A stretch of 64,000 bases of DNA from an uncultured Luminiphilus sp. GTDB lineage: Bacteria > Pseudomonadota > Gammaproteobacteria > Pseudomonadales > Halieaceae. Where the stretch lies: assembly GCA_938084055.1 (NCBI GenBank), contig CALKDK010000018.1, positions 55,116-119,115 of the forward strand, read 5' to 3'. Shown here piece by piece: positions 38,313 to 48,626 of the stretch. Positions within the stretch are counted from its first letter, which is position 1. Each line of letters opens with the position of its first letter. The notes beneath the pieces were generated by a model, which saw only the letters and a program-made list of their open reading frames with translations, ran no database searches and had not been told where the DNA came from. A program made the translations under genes and the position numbers.

Positions 38313-39740
38313 TCAGTTTGATGGAACCCTGGTGGGTCCCGCCAATTGGTCGATCATCGCGCGCCAGAAGATCAGGGATTCCCGGATACTGACTTTGGGC
38401 ACACGCTCGTTCAGTCCGTGGGCAAAGCTGTCCTTGGGGTTGATAAAAATCCCGGTCACACTGTAGCTGGGAATTCCCGCTGCCCGAAAAAATGCGCCAT
38501 CGGTTGTCCCTGAGCCCATTTGCGGAATGACCGGGACCCCGGGGTGGAGGGTTTCAAGACTGTTGCTGATCGCCGTCATGATCTCGGTATTGAAGGGCGA
38601 CGCGTCACTGGAAACCGGTTCGCCGACGATACCCCATTCCAGTTCAGAATTGCCCGCCACCCGTCGCAGGACGTCCAGCGTATCCTCGACGCCATTACCG
38701 GGGAAAATTCTACAGTTCACGGTCGCCGTGGCTGATTGGGGCAGCGCGTTCTCAGCATGTCCCCCAGCGAGCATGGTGGGGATGCAGGTTGTCCCAAGGG
38801 TGCCCACGTATTCGGGTTGCTCCCGCAGGAGATTGATGGCCTCGGTATCGGATGGGTCTGCAACAATGCGCGTCATGGCGTCACCCACGTCACCTCCTAT
38901 GAGGGGCGCGGTGCGCTCAAAGTAGGTCAGCGTTATTTCGTTGGTCTGCAGGGGAAACCGGTACCCCTGTAACCGTTGCAGTGCGTCGGAAAGTTCAAAA
39001 ATGGCATTGTCGGAGCGGGGCATCGAGCTGTGCCCACCCGGATTGCGCGCGGTTACAGCGAAGGTCGCATAGGTTTTTTCTGCAAAGCCGACCTTGAATT
39101 GGAATGCCTCCCCCGCGTCGTTGAGCGCGCCGCCCCCGCCATCAACCACGAAGGCGAACTCGGCATCAATGGCCTCACGATAGTCTCGAGTCAGCTGTTG
39201 TACGGTAGCCTGGTAGGACTCTTCATCCCCGGTAAAGGCAATGATCAGGTCCCGGTTGGGCACATAGCCTTCTTGTCTGAGCGCTGTGAACAGGGTGGTG
39301 AGAATCGAGACATCAAACTTGTTATCCAGTACGCCCCGGCCATAGTAGAAAGTGTCATCCTCCTGCAGTTCGAATGGGTCGCGAACCCAGTCATTGGGGT
39401 CGGCGGGAACCACGTCCATGTGGGACGAGAAAAGAATCGGTTTGCGGCCGCTGCTACCGTCACCGGTATAACGGACAACAAGAGAGGCAGTCTCTCCGAG
39501 GGGGACGATCTGGACAGCGTTTTCCGGAAAACCCACGCTGATGAGGTGTTCGCGCAGGCTGTTGGCATAGGCCGGTACAGCGCCCATTCCAAACGCTGTC
39601 TCCCGGGCGATCGCGTCGCGCAGCAGGGATTCTGCGAGGATTTCGTAACGCGCATCTGCGCCGGTCTCTGACCATGATGGTGACGATCCAAGCGCCAGGC
39701 TGAGGAAGCTGAACAGTACGATGGGCTTTAGGGGCAGCAT
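38313..39740 (-). CDS. Exported M20/M25/M40 metallopeptidase (aminoacylase-like)
   Basis: Signal peptide; SHMDVV, GRGVLDNK, GDEE, GGHSS, HGLNE. Confidence 0.9.
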   Translation of the reverse strand: MLPLKPIVLFSFLSLALGSSPSWSETGADARYEILAESLLRDAIARETAFGMGAVPAYANSLREHLISVGFPENAVQIVPLGETASLVVRYTGDGSSGRKPILFSSHMDVVPADPNDWVRDPFELQEDDTFYYGRGVLDNKFDVSILTTLFTALRQEGYVPNRDLIIAFTGDEESYQATVQQLTRDYREAIDAEFAFVVDGGGGALNDAGEAFQFKVGFAEKTYATFAVTARNPGGHSSMPRSDNAIFELSDALQRLQGYRFPLQTNEITLTYFERTAPLIGGDVGDAMTRIVADPSDTEAINLLREQPEYVGTLGTTCIPTMLAGGHAENALPQSATATVNCRIFPGNGVEDTLDVLRRVAGNSELEWGIVGEPVSSDASPFNTEIMTAISNSLETLHPGVPVIPQMGSGTTDGAFFRAAGIPSYSVTGIFINPKDSFAHGLNERVPKVSIRESLIFWRAMIDQLAGPTRVPSN

Positions 39741-40082
39741 AGTGAAGTTCCGGGCTGGGTGGTCACGAACGTGCGGTCCGAGGGATTATCTCGCGGTGGA
39801 GTCTGCAGTGCACCCGCTTTTTCAACCCCGCCAGCCCGGTGTCCGGGCGGAGGCCGGGAGGTCGGCGGCCGTCTGACAGGCCATCCAGTCGTGCCATCCC
39901 GGGGTTTGAGACCGGCTGCGACCCGGTCAAATACTTTTCTGGTTTGCGGCGCAGAGTCTTACCTTGCCGCCTATCCTGAGTTACCTTGCGCAGGAATAGC
40001 AGGGTCTGTGCCGCCCGTGGGGAATTGACATTCCCGGGGACGTGTCAGTGGCCCGAGGCATGGGATCAGGGTTGGGGTGGAC

Positions 40083-41297
40083 ATGGGCATGACAGACCTG
40101 CAGTCGGGCAGCGATGGTGTTGCCGTTCCTGATTTTTATCATTACGCCAAAGCGCCGCTGGCCACTGTGCAACATCAGGGGGATTTTCTGGAACTGGCCT
40201 GGCCAGACGGGCAACGCCTGCGTTGCCATCGCTATTGGCTGCGCGAAAACGCAATGGGTGTAGGCGGGATTGACCCGGCGACCCGCGAGGGTCTGCTGGA
40301 CCCCGGGGAACTCACAGAGGCCATGGTCATGGCGTCGGTGGAGTTGACCGACGTCGGTGACCTGTCGATCCTCTGGCAACCCGACGGACAGCGTTGTGTT
40401 TACCATGGCGGCTGGCTGCGCCACATTGCCGAGGGTCAGCACCTCCCGCAAAGCTGGCTGCCACGGCCCCGACCCTGGCGTGCCGAGACACGGACTGGAC
40501 CCCCGCAGCGGGTCGCCCTGCCCGTGTTGGAGGATGACGACGCCCTGTGTGATGTCCTCAATGACCTGATTGAAACCGGCGTCTGCGTGCTCGAGCAGGC
40601 GCCCACTGAGCTGGGATTCTTAAACCGCCTGGCGGCGCGCATCGGTCCGATCCGCGACAGTAATTTTGGCGCCCTTTGGGATGTCCGTGCGGACGTTACC
40701 CTGGCCGGGGACGCCACGACCAACAGTACGGCTAATACGGGGTTTCGATTGGGACCCCATACCGACTTACCAACCCGGGAGGTGCCCCCGGGTTACCAGT
40801 TCCTGCACTGTCTTGTGAACGAGGCCGACGGAGGTGAGTCCACCCTGACCGACGGCGCGGCCCTGGTGGAGGCACTGCGGGACAACTTTCCCGCCGACTT
40901 TGAACTGCTGACGACCCGTCGCTGGATTTTCTTCAATCGCGGGCCCGGCATTGACCACCGATGGTCCGCCCCCATTATCGATCGTGACTGTGGGGACGGC
41001 TTACTGCCAACCCTGCGGGCTTTTTATCCGGTGCGCGCTTTTCCCGATATGCCCGACTCGGATGTGGCGGCGGCCTACGAGGCGTTACGGCGCTTTCACC
41101 TGCTCGCCGATGATCCACAATTTGAATTGACCTTTAGGTTGGGGCCAGGCGATATCATGTGTTTCGACAACCGGCGTGTGCTGCACGGCCGTAAGGCTTT
41201 TTCCGGATCGGGGCAACGTCATTTACAGGGTATCTACATTGACCGTGACGAAATTTTATCGAGGGCGCGTGCCCTTAACCGGGCCCGGGCGGGCTAG
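40083..41297 (+). CDS. Gamma-butyrobetaine dioxygenase-like TauD/TfdA Fe(II)/2OG oxygenase
   Basis: N-terminal WLRE GBBH-like domain; HTDLP, GGES..DG, FDNRRVLHGR; upstream of carnitine genes. Start 40077, 40083 or 40089. Confidence 0.85.
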   Translation: MGMTDLQSGSDGVAVPDFYHYAKAPLATVQHQGDFLELAWPDGQRLRCHRYWLRENAMGVGGIDPATREGLLDPGELTEAMVMASVELTDVGDLSILWQPDGQRCVYHGGWLRHIAEGQHLPQSWLPRPRPWRAETRTGPPQRVALPVLEDDDALCDVLNDLIETGVCVLEQAPTELGFLNRLAARIGPIRDSNFGALWDVRADVTLAGDATTNSTANTGFRLGPHTDLPTREVPPGYQFLHCLVNEADGGESTLTDGAALVEALRDNFPADFELLTTRRWIFFNRGPGIDHRWSAPIIDRDCGDGLLPTLRAFYPVRAFPDMPDSDVAAAYEALRRFHLLADDPQFELTFRLGPGDIMCFDNRRVLHGRKAFSGSGQRHLQGIYIDRDEILSRARALNRARAG

Positions 41298-41388
41298 CCA
41301 GCCCCCAAAACGCAACGGCCGCCGGTTGACTGGCAGCAAAGCCTCGACAATGGTGACAGGAACATAACCCGCAATAACAGGATTTGAT

Positions 41389-42300
41389 ATGCCACTTGCC
41401 ATGCGAAAAAAAGTATTCATAACTGCGGCGCTGACCGGCTCTGGCAGTACTCAGGATCGCAGCGACAAGGTACCCCGCAGCCCTGAGCAAATTGCCGACG
41501 CCGCGATTGCTGCGGCCCGGGCAGGTGCTGCGGTAGTGCACTGCCACGTGAGGGATCCAGAGACCGGCATACCGTCGAGGGCTGTCCCGCTGTACCGGGA
41601 AGTCGTCGAGCGAATTCGCGCTTCCGATGTTGATGTGGTCATCAACCTCACCGCGGGCATGGGGGGCGATATTGTCTTTGGGCCCACTGATTCGCCGTTA
41701 CCCCTGGCCGGCGACGGTACCGATATGGTGGGTGCGGCAGAGCGGGTTGCGCACCTCGAAGCATGCCTGCCAGAGATCGCAACCCTCGATTGCGGCACCA
41801 TGAACTTCGCCGAGGCTGACTATGTCATGACCAATACACCGGGCATGCTGCGCGACATGGCGCAGCGCATGGCGAGCCTGGGCATTCAGATAGAGATCGA
41901 GGCTTTTGACACGGGACACCTGTGGTTTGCCAGGCAGCTGGTGGATGAGGGCATTATTCCGGCGCCGGTGATGGTGCAGCTGTGCATGGGCATCCCCTGG
42001 GGTGCCCCCGATGATCTCAACACCTTCATGGCCATGGTCAATAACGTACCCGGGGACTGGGTCTATTCGGCTTTTTCCATTGGACGACACCAGATGGCCT
42101 ACGTGGCAGCGGCCGTCTTGTCCGGGGGTAATGTGCGGGTTGGTCTTGAGGACAATCTCTGGCTGGAGAAAGGGCGGCTCGCCACCAATGCCGAACTGGT
42201 GGAACGTGCCAGTACCGTAATACAGGCCATGGGGGTTGGGATCATGACCCCCGCCGAGGTTCGGGCTGAACTCCAGTTGACCCGGCGCGAGTTGCCCTGA
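41389..42300 (+). CDS. cdhC: Beta-keto acid cleavage enzyme (3-dehydrocarnitine cleavage, CdhC-like)
   Basis: ITAALTG, VHCHVRDP, LDCGTMNF, RVGLEDN; coupled to carnitine dehydrogenase. Confidence 0.85.
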   Translation: MPLAMRKKVFITAALTGSGSTQDRSDKVPRSPEQIADAAIAAARAGAAVVHCHVRDPETGIPSRAVPLYREVVERIRASDVDVVINLTAGMGGDIVFGPTDSPLPLAGDGTDMVGAAERVAHLEACLPEIATLDCGTMNFAEADYVMTNTPGMLRDMAQRMASLGIQIEIEAFDTGHLWFARQLVDEGIIPAPVMVQLCMGIPWGAPDDLNTFMAMVNNVPGDWVYSAFSIGRHQMAYVAAAVLSGGNVRVGLEDNLWLEKGRLATNAELVERASTVIQAMGVGIMTPAEVRAELQLTRRELP

Positions 42301-43265
42301 TGGCCACTGTTGCGATTATTGGTGGGGGTGTTATTGGGTCGGGTTGGGCCGCGCGTTTTCTGCTCAACGGCTGGCGAGTGCAGTTCCATGATCCCGCGCC
42401 GGCGGCGGAGGAGGCACTGCAACGCTCCCTCGACAAGGCCCGGCGCTGGGTACCCGAGGTCTATGACGGGCTGCCCGCCGAAGGGCCGCTCGAGATCATG
42501 ACCCGCCTCGAGGATGCGGTGGCCGGAGCCGATTGGATTCAGGAGTCAACCCCCGAGCGCCTCCCGGTGAAGCAGGCCGTGCTGGCGGCGATTCAAGGGG
42601 CCTGTTCGCCTTCGGCGGTGGTGGCCTCTTCCACCTCGGGGTTTATGCCTTCAGAGTTGCAGGCGGAATCGGTGCGCCCTGAGCAGATCGTCGTTGCCCA
42701 CCCGTACAATCCCGTGTACCTGCTGCCCATTGTCGAATGCGTGCCGTCGGTCCGGACATCGGCCGCGATCAAGGCCAGGGCCCTCGCTATCCTCGAGCAG
42801 ATCGGCATGAAACCGGTGGCAGTAGGCGCCGAGGTGCCCGCCCATATCGGAGACCGGCTGATGGAAGCGCTGTGGCGTGAAGCCCTGTGGCTTATAAAAG
42901 ACGGGGTGGCGACCACGGCACAGATTGACGACATCATGACCCACGGCTTTGGTCTGCGCTGGGCACAGAAGGGTCTCTTTGAGACCTATCGGGTTGCCGG
43001 GGGTGAGGCGGGTATGCAGCATTTCCTTGAGCAGTTCGGTCCCTGCCTGTCCTGGCCATGGACCAAGCTCACGGATGTTCCCGATCTCGACGACACCCTG
43101 ATCTCGCGCATCGTTGACCAGTCGGATGCCCAGGCCGCGGGTCGTTCAGTGAGCGCACTGGAAGCGGAGCGTGACGCCAATTTGGTTGCACTGCTGAAAA
43201 CTTTGCGGGCACAGGACACGGCTGCCGGTGCCTTCCTCAATCGCCTTGGCAAAACCACTTCGTAG
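42300..43265 (+). CDS. lcdH: L-carnitine 3-dehydrogenase
   Basis: GGGVIGSGWAARFL, IQESTPERL, SSTSG, HPYNPVYLLP, DRLMEALWRE, GLRWA..AGGEAGM.HFLEQFGP. Confidence 0.88.
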   Translation: MATVAIIGGGVIGSGWAARFLLNGWRVQFHDPAPAAEEALQRSLDKARRWVPEVYDGLPAEGPLEIMTRLEDAVAGADWIQESTPERLPVKQAVLAAIQGACSPSAVVASSTSGFMPSELQAESVRPEQIVVAHPYNPVYLLPIVECVPSVRTSAAIKARALAILEQIGMKPVAVGAEVPAHIGDRLMEALWREALWLIKDGVATTAQIDDIMTHGFGLRWAQKGLFETYRVAGGEAGMQHFLEQFGPCLSWPWTKLTDVPDLDDTLISRIVDQSDAQAAGRSVSALEAERDANLVALLKTLRAQDTAAGAFLNRLGKTTS

Positions 43266-43315
43266 CGGTCCCGGCATGACGTTTACTGGGCGGCGGCCCC
43301 GGGAACCGCTGCGCT

Positions 43316-44278
43316 TCAGTCGCTTAAAGTGCCCAGGTCAAAGCCGGCTGTGCTGGGCGGGGTATCACGCCAGTTGGTGCGCCAGACTTCCTGTGAGACC
43401 GGCCCCACCGGGACGGGCGGGCGCGTGAATCCTGGCTTTGGTTGCATCAGGGGTTTCACCACCACATCGTGTCGAGGCACAACGAAGAAGGGAAAGCTGT
43501 AGCGCTCCGCACCCGAGCGGTTAACCACCTTGTGGGGCGTCGATACGAAATACCCCCCGGACCACAATTCCAGCAGATCGCCGATATTCACCACGAGGGT
43601 GTCAGCGGGGGCTTCGACCTCAAGCCAATCCTCGCTGTCCCGTGGACGTAGCCAGAGCCCACCGACGGGATCGGGAAAGAGCAGGGTCAGGGCATCCGTG
43701 TCCTTATGTGGGTGAATACCGTAGCCATCCTGACCGGTCGCCAGCGGGGGATAGTGCAGCAGTGTCATATTGGTCAGTGGATAGTCGAAAAGGGAGAGAA
43801 ACCAGGCGCTGTCGATGGCCATCATCCGGGCCACCAGCGTCAGTAAACGCTGGCTGACCCCGTCACAGGCCGACCAGTAGTCAAGTACAGTGCGCCGAAA
43901 TTGATCCGGCTGCCTTGGCCAGCGATTGGGTCCGTACAGAGCACAGGCGCCACAGATTGCGTCCGCTGCAGAGATCTCCTGATGCAGCTTGTAGCCCTCG
44001 TAGTGATCGGCGGAGCCGCCATTACTGTTGGCGGAGAAAAAGCCCAGGGGAATATAGCCCCTGTAATTTTCCGGCGTGATTGATTCGGCTAGTTTGTCCG
44101 TTAGGGGACGCGCAAAGTAGTGGGTGAGTAGCCTGCGCATCGCTGCCACCTGATCCGGAACAATGCCGTGGCCGTGAACAAGTACAAAGCCGGTCGACGT
44201 GAAGGCACGCTCGAGTGCGCCGATGATGGCCGCGTCCTCCTGATTCAAATCGATGCTGGGAAGGGGGGTATGGTCCAT
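43316..44278 (-). CDS. Isopenicillin-N-synthase-family Fe(II)/2OG oxygenase
   Basis: GFVLVHGHG, LLHYPP, HKD (HxD), NIGDLLELWS, HKV, RYS. Confidence 0.88.
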   Translation of the reverse strand: MDHTPLPSIDLNQEDAAIIGALERAFTSTGFVLVHGHGIVPDQVAAMRRLLTHYFARPLTDKLAESITPENYRGYIPLGFFSANSNGGSADHYEGYKLHQEISAADAICGACALYGPNRWPRQPDQFRRTVLDYWSACDGVSQRLLTLVARMMAIDSAWFLSLFDYPLTNMTLLHYPPLATGQDGYGIHPHKDTDALTLLFPDPVGGLWLRPRDSEDWLEVEAPADTLVVNIGDLLELWSGGYFVSTPHKVVNRSGAERYSFPFFVVPRHDVVVKPLMQPKPGFTRPPVPVGPVSQEVWRTNWRDTPPSTAGFDLGTLSD

Positions 44279-44543
44279 GGGCTCCCGAGCTGGACTGGCG
44301 TGGCTGTCCTGTGGGTTGGATGAGGGTCTTATCATCGTCTATCCCCCAAAACCCTGTAAAGCCAGCTGTCTGTTTTATAGTCAATGCCGCGGGTGGGCCG
44401 TCCCGAAAACAGTTGTTGGGAGGCCCCGGCGCGTCCCGACAGCGACATCCCAAGGGTTGTATGCCCGTGCTGCAACCCGTGACAGAAACATACTCCATTT
44501 TGGTTTCACAGGGCATAATCCGGGAAACAGGCGAGGGTGATCT

Positions 44544-45605
44544 ATGGGTATCGAGCGCAGTGCCCGGGACACCCGGGGGGCAGATGATGACGGTATTTGG
44601 GGAGGGGACTGGGACTGCAGTGGGCCCTGGTGGCGCCTTGGCCTTTTCAGCGTGGCCATACTGATGGCGGGCGCCGGGCCAGGCCGGGTGATGGCGGAGG
44701 ACCCGAGCCCCCTCGCCAAGGCGGTCTTCGTCATTGTTGACGGTATTCCCGCGGATGTCATCGAGCGCGTCGCGACTCCGCAACTGGACGCCGTGGCCGC
44801 GATCGGTGGTTATACCCGGGCGCAGGTGGGCGGCCCGGTGGGCACGCCCGCCGAAACCCCCACCGTATCCGCGCCTGGCTATATGAGCCTCATTACCGGC
44901 ACCTGGGCCAACAAACACAATGTGCGGGACAACGAAGGACTTGAGCCAAATTACGATTACTGGAGCCTGTTTCGCCTGGCGAAGTCCGTCGATCCACCGC
45001 TCAGGACAGGTTTGTTTTCGACCTGGACCGATAACAGGACGGTGCTGGTGGGCAGTGGTCTGGCGGATACAGACAACCTGTCCATCGATTACGTGGCAGA
45101 TGGCTATGAACGGGATCCAGACCGGTTTCCGCCCCGGGAGCACGAACAGCATATTCAGGTGATCGATCGTCACGTTGCTGCGGAGGCCGCTGAGGTAATC
45201 GCGACAGAGGGACCCGATCTGTCCTGGGTGTACCTGCAATACACCGACGATATGGGCCACGAATGGGGTGACGGCCCAGAGTTCGATGCATCGGTCAGGG
45301 TGATGGACAGCCTGGTGGGACAGATTTGGGCCGCCGTGCAGGAACGTCAGGAACGGCTCGGTGAAGACTGGCTGCTGCTCGTCACGACCGACCACGGTCG
45401 GGATGTGGAGACCGGGCGGGACCACGGTGGGCATACCCCGCGGGAGCGCACCATCTGGATGGTTACCAACAGCCAGCGCCTCAATGCCCGGTATTACCGC
45501 CAGCCCCAGATTGTCGACATCTATCCATCAATAGCAGCGCACCTCAATCTGGCTATTCCGTCTACCGTGGCCGCGGGCCTCGATGGTCGCGCATTCATCG
45601 ATTAA
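44544..45605 (+). CDS. Alkaline-phosphatase-superfamily (nucleotide pyrophosphatase-like) hydrolase
   Basis: IVDGI, TVSAPG nucleophile, DDMGH, TTDHG, HGG. Start uncertain. Confidence 0.82.
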   Translation: MGIERSARDTRGADDDGIWGGDWDCSGPWWRLGLFSVAILMAGAGPGRVMAEDPSPLAKAVFVIVDGIPADVIERVATPQLDAVAAIGGYTRAQVGGPVGTPAETPTVSAPGYMSLITGTWANKHNVRDNEGLEPNYDYWSLFRLAKSVDPPLRTGLFSTWTDNRTVLVGSGLADTDNLSIDYVADGYERDPDRFPPREHEQHIQVIDRHVAAEAAEVIATEGPDLSWVYLQYTDDMGHEWGDGPEFDASVRVMDSLVGQIWAAVQERQERLGEDWLLLVTTDHGRDVETGRDHGGHTPRERTIWMVTNSQRLNARYYRQPQIVDIYPSIAAHLNLAIPSTVAAGLDGRAFID

Positions 45606-45780
45606 TGGGCTGGGTCGAATTAGCCGCCGTTCCTCGGGGCAGTGAATCTGCTGCCCAAATGCTGCCGTTGAGCATCGGCGGTTTGCCCGCGCCCGATCCC
45701 TGGGCAGCGCATGCCAGGCTGGTAAGCCCGGAAGTGCGCAGGTACTGTTGTTCCGGAAGAAGGGCGGGGACCGGAAAGTC

Positions 45781-47502
45781 TTGAGTGAGTTCGATTACAT
45801 TGTGGTGGGCGCAGGTTCTGCCGGCTGCGTTCTGGCCAATCGCCTGACCGAGGACTCCAGCCACTCGGTGTTGCTGATTGAGGCGGGCCGGGACGATCGA
45901 AGCCTGTTCATACGCATGCCCACGGCGCTTTCCATTCCCATGAACACGCCCCGCTTCAACTGGGGTTACTGGGGACAGCCTGAGCCCCATCTGGACGGTC
46001 GACGCATGGACTGTGCCCGGGGCAAGGTGTTGGGCGGCTCCTCGGCCATCAATGGCATGGTGTATGTTCGCGGCCACCCCCGGGATTTCGACAGCTGGGT
46101 AGAGGACGGCGCTGAGGGTTGGAGCTACGCGGACTGCCTGCCTTATTTCAAGCGCGCCGAGCGCTGGATGGGCGGCGAGGACCGCTGGCGCGGCGGCGCT
46201 GGCCCGGTCGACACCTGCAACGGCAACAACATGCGCAATCCGCTCTACAGGGCCTTTATCGCCGCGGGTGAGGAGGCGGGCTATGGCCTGACCGAGGATT
46301 ACAATGGCTACCGCCAGGAAGGCTTTGGTCCCATGCACATGACCGTGCGCCGGGGCGAGCGGTGCTCCACTGATCTGGCGTATCTCGAACCCGCGCGACG
46401 GCGCTCCAACCTGACCGTCATTACGGAGGCGGAAGTCGACGCCCTGGTGCTCTCGGGACAACGGGTGACCGGCGTCCGGTACCAGCGTAGCGGTCAATAC
46501 GACACGGCACAGGCCAGACGCGAGGTCATCCTGTGTGCGGGCTCCATTGGCTCGCCCACGATTTTACAGCGCTCCGGGATCGGCCCGGCGTCGGTTCTCG
46601 TGGGGGCAGGCGTGACGCCGCAACATGAGCTTCCCGGTGTCGGGGAGAACCTCCAGGATCACCTCGAGGTGTATTTCCAGTATCGTTGCAAGGCCCCGAT
46701 TACCGTCAACGGCCATTTGGGGTGGCTGGCAAAACTGCGCATTGGGGTGCAATGGCTGCTCACCAGAACCGGGCTGGGCGCCACCAATCATTTTGAGTCC
46801 TGCGGGTTCATCCGTTCCCGCGCCGGGCTTGCCTCACCGGACATCCAGTACCACTTTCTTCCCGCCGCCATTCGCTACGATGGCCGGGCGGCGTTTTCCG
46901 GCCATGGCTTTCAGGTACACGTTGGCCCCAACAAACCCGAGAGTCGGGGTTCCGTGCATATCGCCGGGCCGGATGCCCGTGACGAACCCCAGATTACCTT
47001 CAACTACCTGGCTACCGAGCAGGACCGCGCGGACTGGCGCACCTGTCTGCGCCTCACGCGGGAAATCCTCCAGCAACCCGCACTGGATGCCTATCGTGCC
47101 GAGGAAATCCAGCCGGCGGTCGATCTCTCTGATGATGCCGCGGTGGATGCCTGGGTGCGCGCCCATGTCGAGACCGCTTACCATCCTTCCTGCTCCTGCA
47201 GGATGGGGGCGGAAGATGACCCGATGGCTGTGGTCGATCCGGCGTGTCGGGTACGCGGACTGGCGGGCCTCAGGGTGGTGGATTCTTCCATATTTCCCAC
47301 CATTCCCAACGGGAATCTCAATGCACCGACCATCATGGTCGCCGAGCGCGCCGCTGATCTGATTCTCGGCAGGCCTATGCTGCGCGAAGACGTGGACCTC
47401 TGGCAGGCACCGGATTGGCAGAATCGCCAGCGCTCCGGGCTGCCGCGGCGCCCGGTGCCCCCGGGCCCACCGACCCCGGCCGCAGGGGACGGCCGCCCAT
47501 GA
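45781..47502 (+). CDS. betA: Choline dehydrogenase (GMC oxidoreductase)
   Basis: [70 protein letters not shown]. Confidence 0.92.
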   Translation: MSEFDYIVVGAGSAGCVLANRLTEDSSHSVLLIEAGRDDRSLFIRMPTALSIPMNTPRFNWGYWGQPEPHLDGRRMDCARGKVLGGSSAINGMVYVRGHPRDFDSWVEDGAEGWSYADCLPYFKRAERWMGGEDRWRGGAGPVDTCNGNNMRNPLYRAFIAAGEEAGYGLTEDYNGYRQEGFGPMHMTVRRGERCSTDLAYLEPARRRSNLTVITEAEVDALVLSGQRVTGVRYQRSGQYDTAQARREVILCAGSIGSPTILQRSGIGPASVLVGAGVTPQHELPGVGENLQDHLEVYFQYRCKAPITVNGHLGWLAKLRIGVQWLLTRTGLGATNHFESCGFIRSRAGLASPDIQYHFLPAAIRYDGRAAFSGHGFQVHVGPNKPESRGSVHIAGPDARDEPQITFNYLATEQDRADWRTCLRLTREILQQPALDAYRAEEIQPAVDLSDDAAVDAWVRAHVETAYHPSCSCRMGAEDDPMAVVDPACRVRGLAGLRVVDSSIFPTIPNGNLNAPTIMVAERAADLILGRPMLREDVDLWQAPDWQNRQRSGLPRRPVPPGPPTPAAGDGRP

Positions 47503-48626
47503 CCCTCATTTTATCAGCTGCGATTCTGGTCACCACGCTGACCTCACTGGTGCTGGTTATCCGCTACCGAAACATGCGTATCCATGGCAGCGTTCCGGTG
47601 CCCTTTCTGACCTTCCTTGCCATCCTGTTTACCTCGGGCCTGGATGTTGGGCTGATCATGTTTCCCCTGGTGGATTTCCAGACCTTTGCCAGCGAGCCCG
47701 ACTATGACTTCGCCAATCCGCTGGCCCTGGAGTTTGGCTTCTGGGGTTTCCTCGTCTGGGGATTTTATTTCCTCACCACGTTTTATTTTTGTGTTGTTGA
47801 ACCCCGGCTGGGCCTGTTTGAAATCCCCTTCATCAAGTTCATCAATAACCTCACCATCATCGGCACCTGTGCGTTTACGGGCTATCTGTTTCTTCATTAC
47901 CTGCCCGATTACATCAGTGGCATCCCGGATGGACTGCGCTATGGTGGGGTTGCGTTGGTGGTGCTGTTGGCAGTGGTGTCGAGCACCCACCTGCGCTTCG
48001 TCAAGGCCCTCAGCCTGGGGTCCACAGGCCTGTTCTTCCTCTTGATTCTCGTTGCATTCCTGGCCTCGGGCGTGGGCCTGTCGGGCCTCGGTGAATCCCT
48101 GGCCGGGCTGACGGACTACTTTGGGCAACTGCATCGCTTCGTACTGCCCATCAATGACTATCACGCGTTCTATCTGTTCTGGTGGTTTGCCTGGAGCATC
48201 ATGATCGGGCAGTTCGTTTCGCGGTTCGTCGGTGGACTGACAGTCTGGCAGCTCTTGCTGGCGCTGCTGGTCGTGCCCTCCCTGCCGATCGCGCTCTGGT
48301 TTTCGGTGCTCTATGGGTACTTCACCGGGGAATTGGATGTCAGCGGCGCGTTGAGCTGGGCGATGATCGCCGTGGGGGTGTTGTTTGTGGTCAACTCCCT
48401 CGACTCACTGACCCGACTCTACACACAGAATATCGGTCTGACCGTGGAGCGTCTGGGTACGGCGGGTTATGTGGCCGTCAACTGGACGATTCTGTTGGCG
48501 CTCGTGCTGTCCTTCCAGTTCACACCCTTCAAGATTGAGTGGGTTGGGTTGGTAGTGATCGGTATCTATGTCGCTATCTATATCCTGGTCTATCGCCGCC
48601 GGTCCTCGCTGTCTGGAGACGCCTAG
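47499..48626 (+). CDS. Short, divergent BCCT-family transporter (probable choline uptake)
   Basis: [36 protein letters not shown]; ATGA overlap with betA; only 375 aa. Confidence 0.8.
   Translation: MTLILSAAILVTTLTSLVLVIRYRNMRIHGSVPVPFLTFLAILFTSGLDVGLIMFPLVDFQTFASEPDYDFANPLALEFGFWGFLVWGFYFLTTFYFCVVEPRLGLFEIPFIKFINNLTIIGTCAFTGYLFLHYLPDYISGIPDGLRYGGVALVVLLAVVSSTHLRFVKALSLGSTGLFFLLILVAFLASGVGLSGLGESLAGLTDYFGQLHRFVLPINDYHAFYLFWWFAWSIMIGQFVSRFVGGLTVWQLLLALLVVPSLPIALWFSVLYGYFTGELDVSGALSWAMIAVGVLFVVNSLDSLTRLYTQNIGLTVERLGTAGYVAVNWTILLALVLSFQFTPFKIEWVGLVVIGIYVAIYILVYRRRSSLSGDA

Noticed and set aside
40026-40047. TGACA-N12-TGTCA dyad upstream of the butyrobetaine operon
   Set aside because: Overlaps a TTGACA -35-like hexamer and has only 5-bp arms; too weak to call an operator.
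44022-45434. 470-aa minus-strand ORF
   Set aside because: Antisense to the phosphatase gene and out of frame with the oxygenase; typical high-GC shadow ORF.
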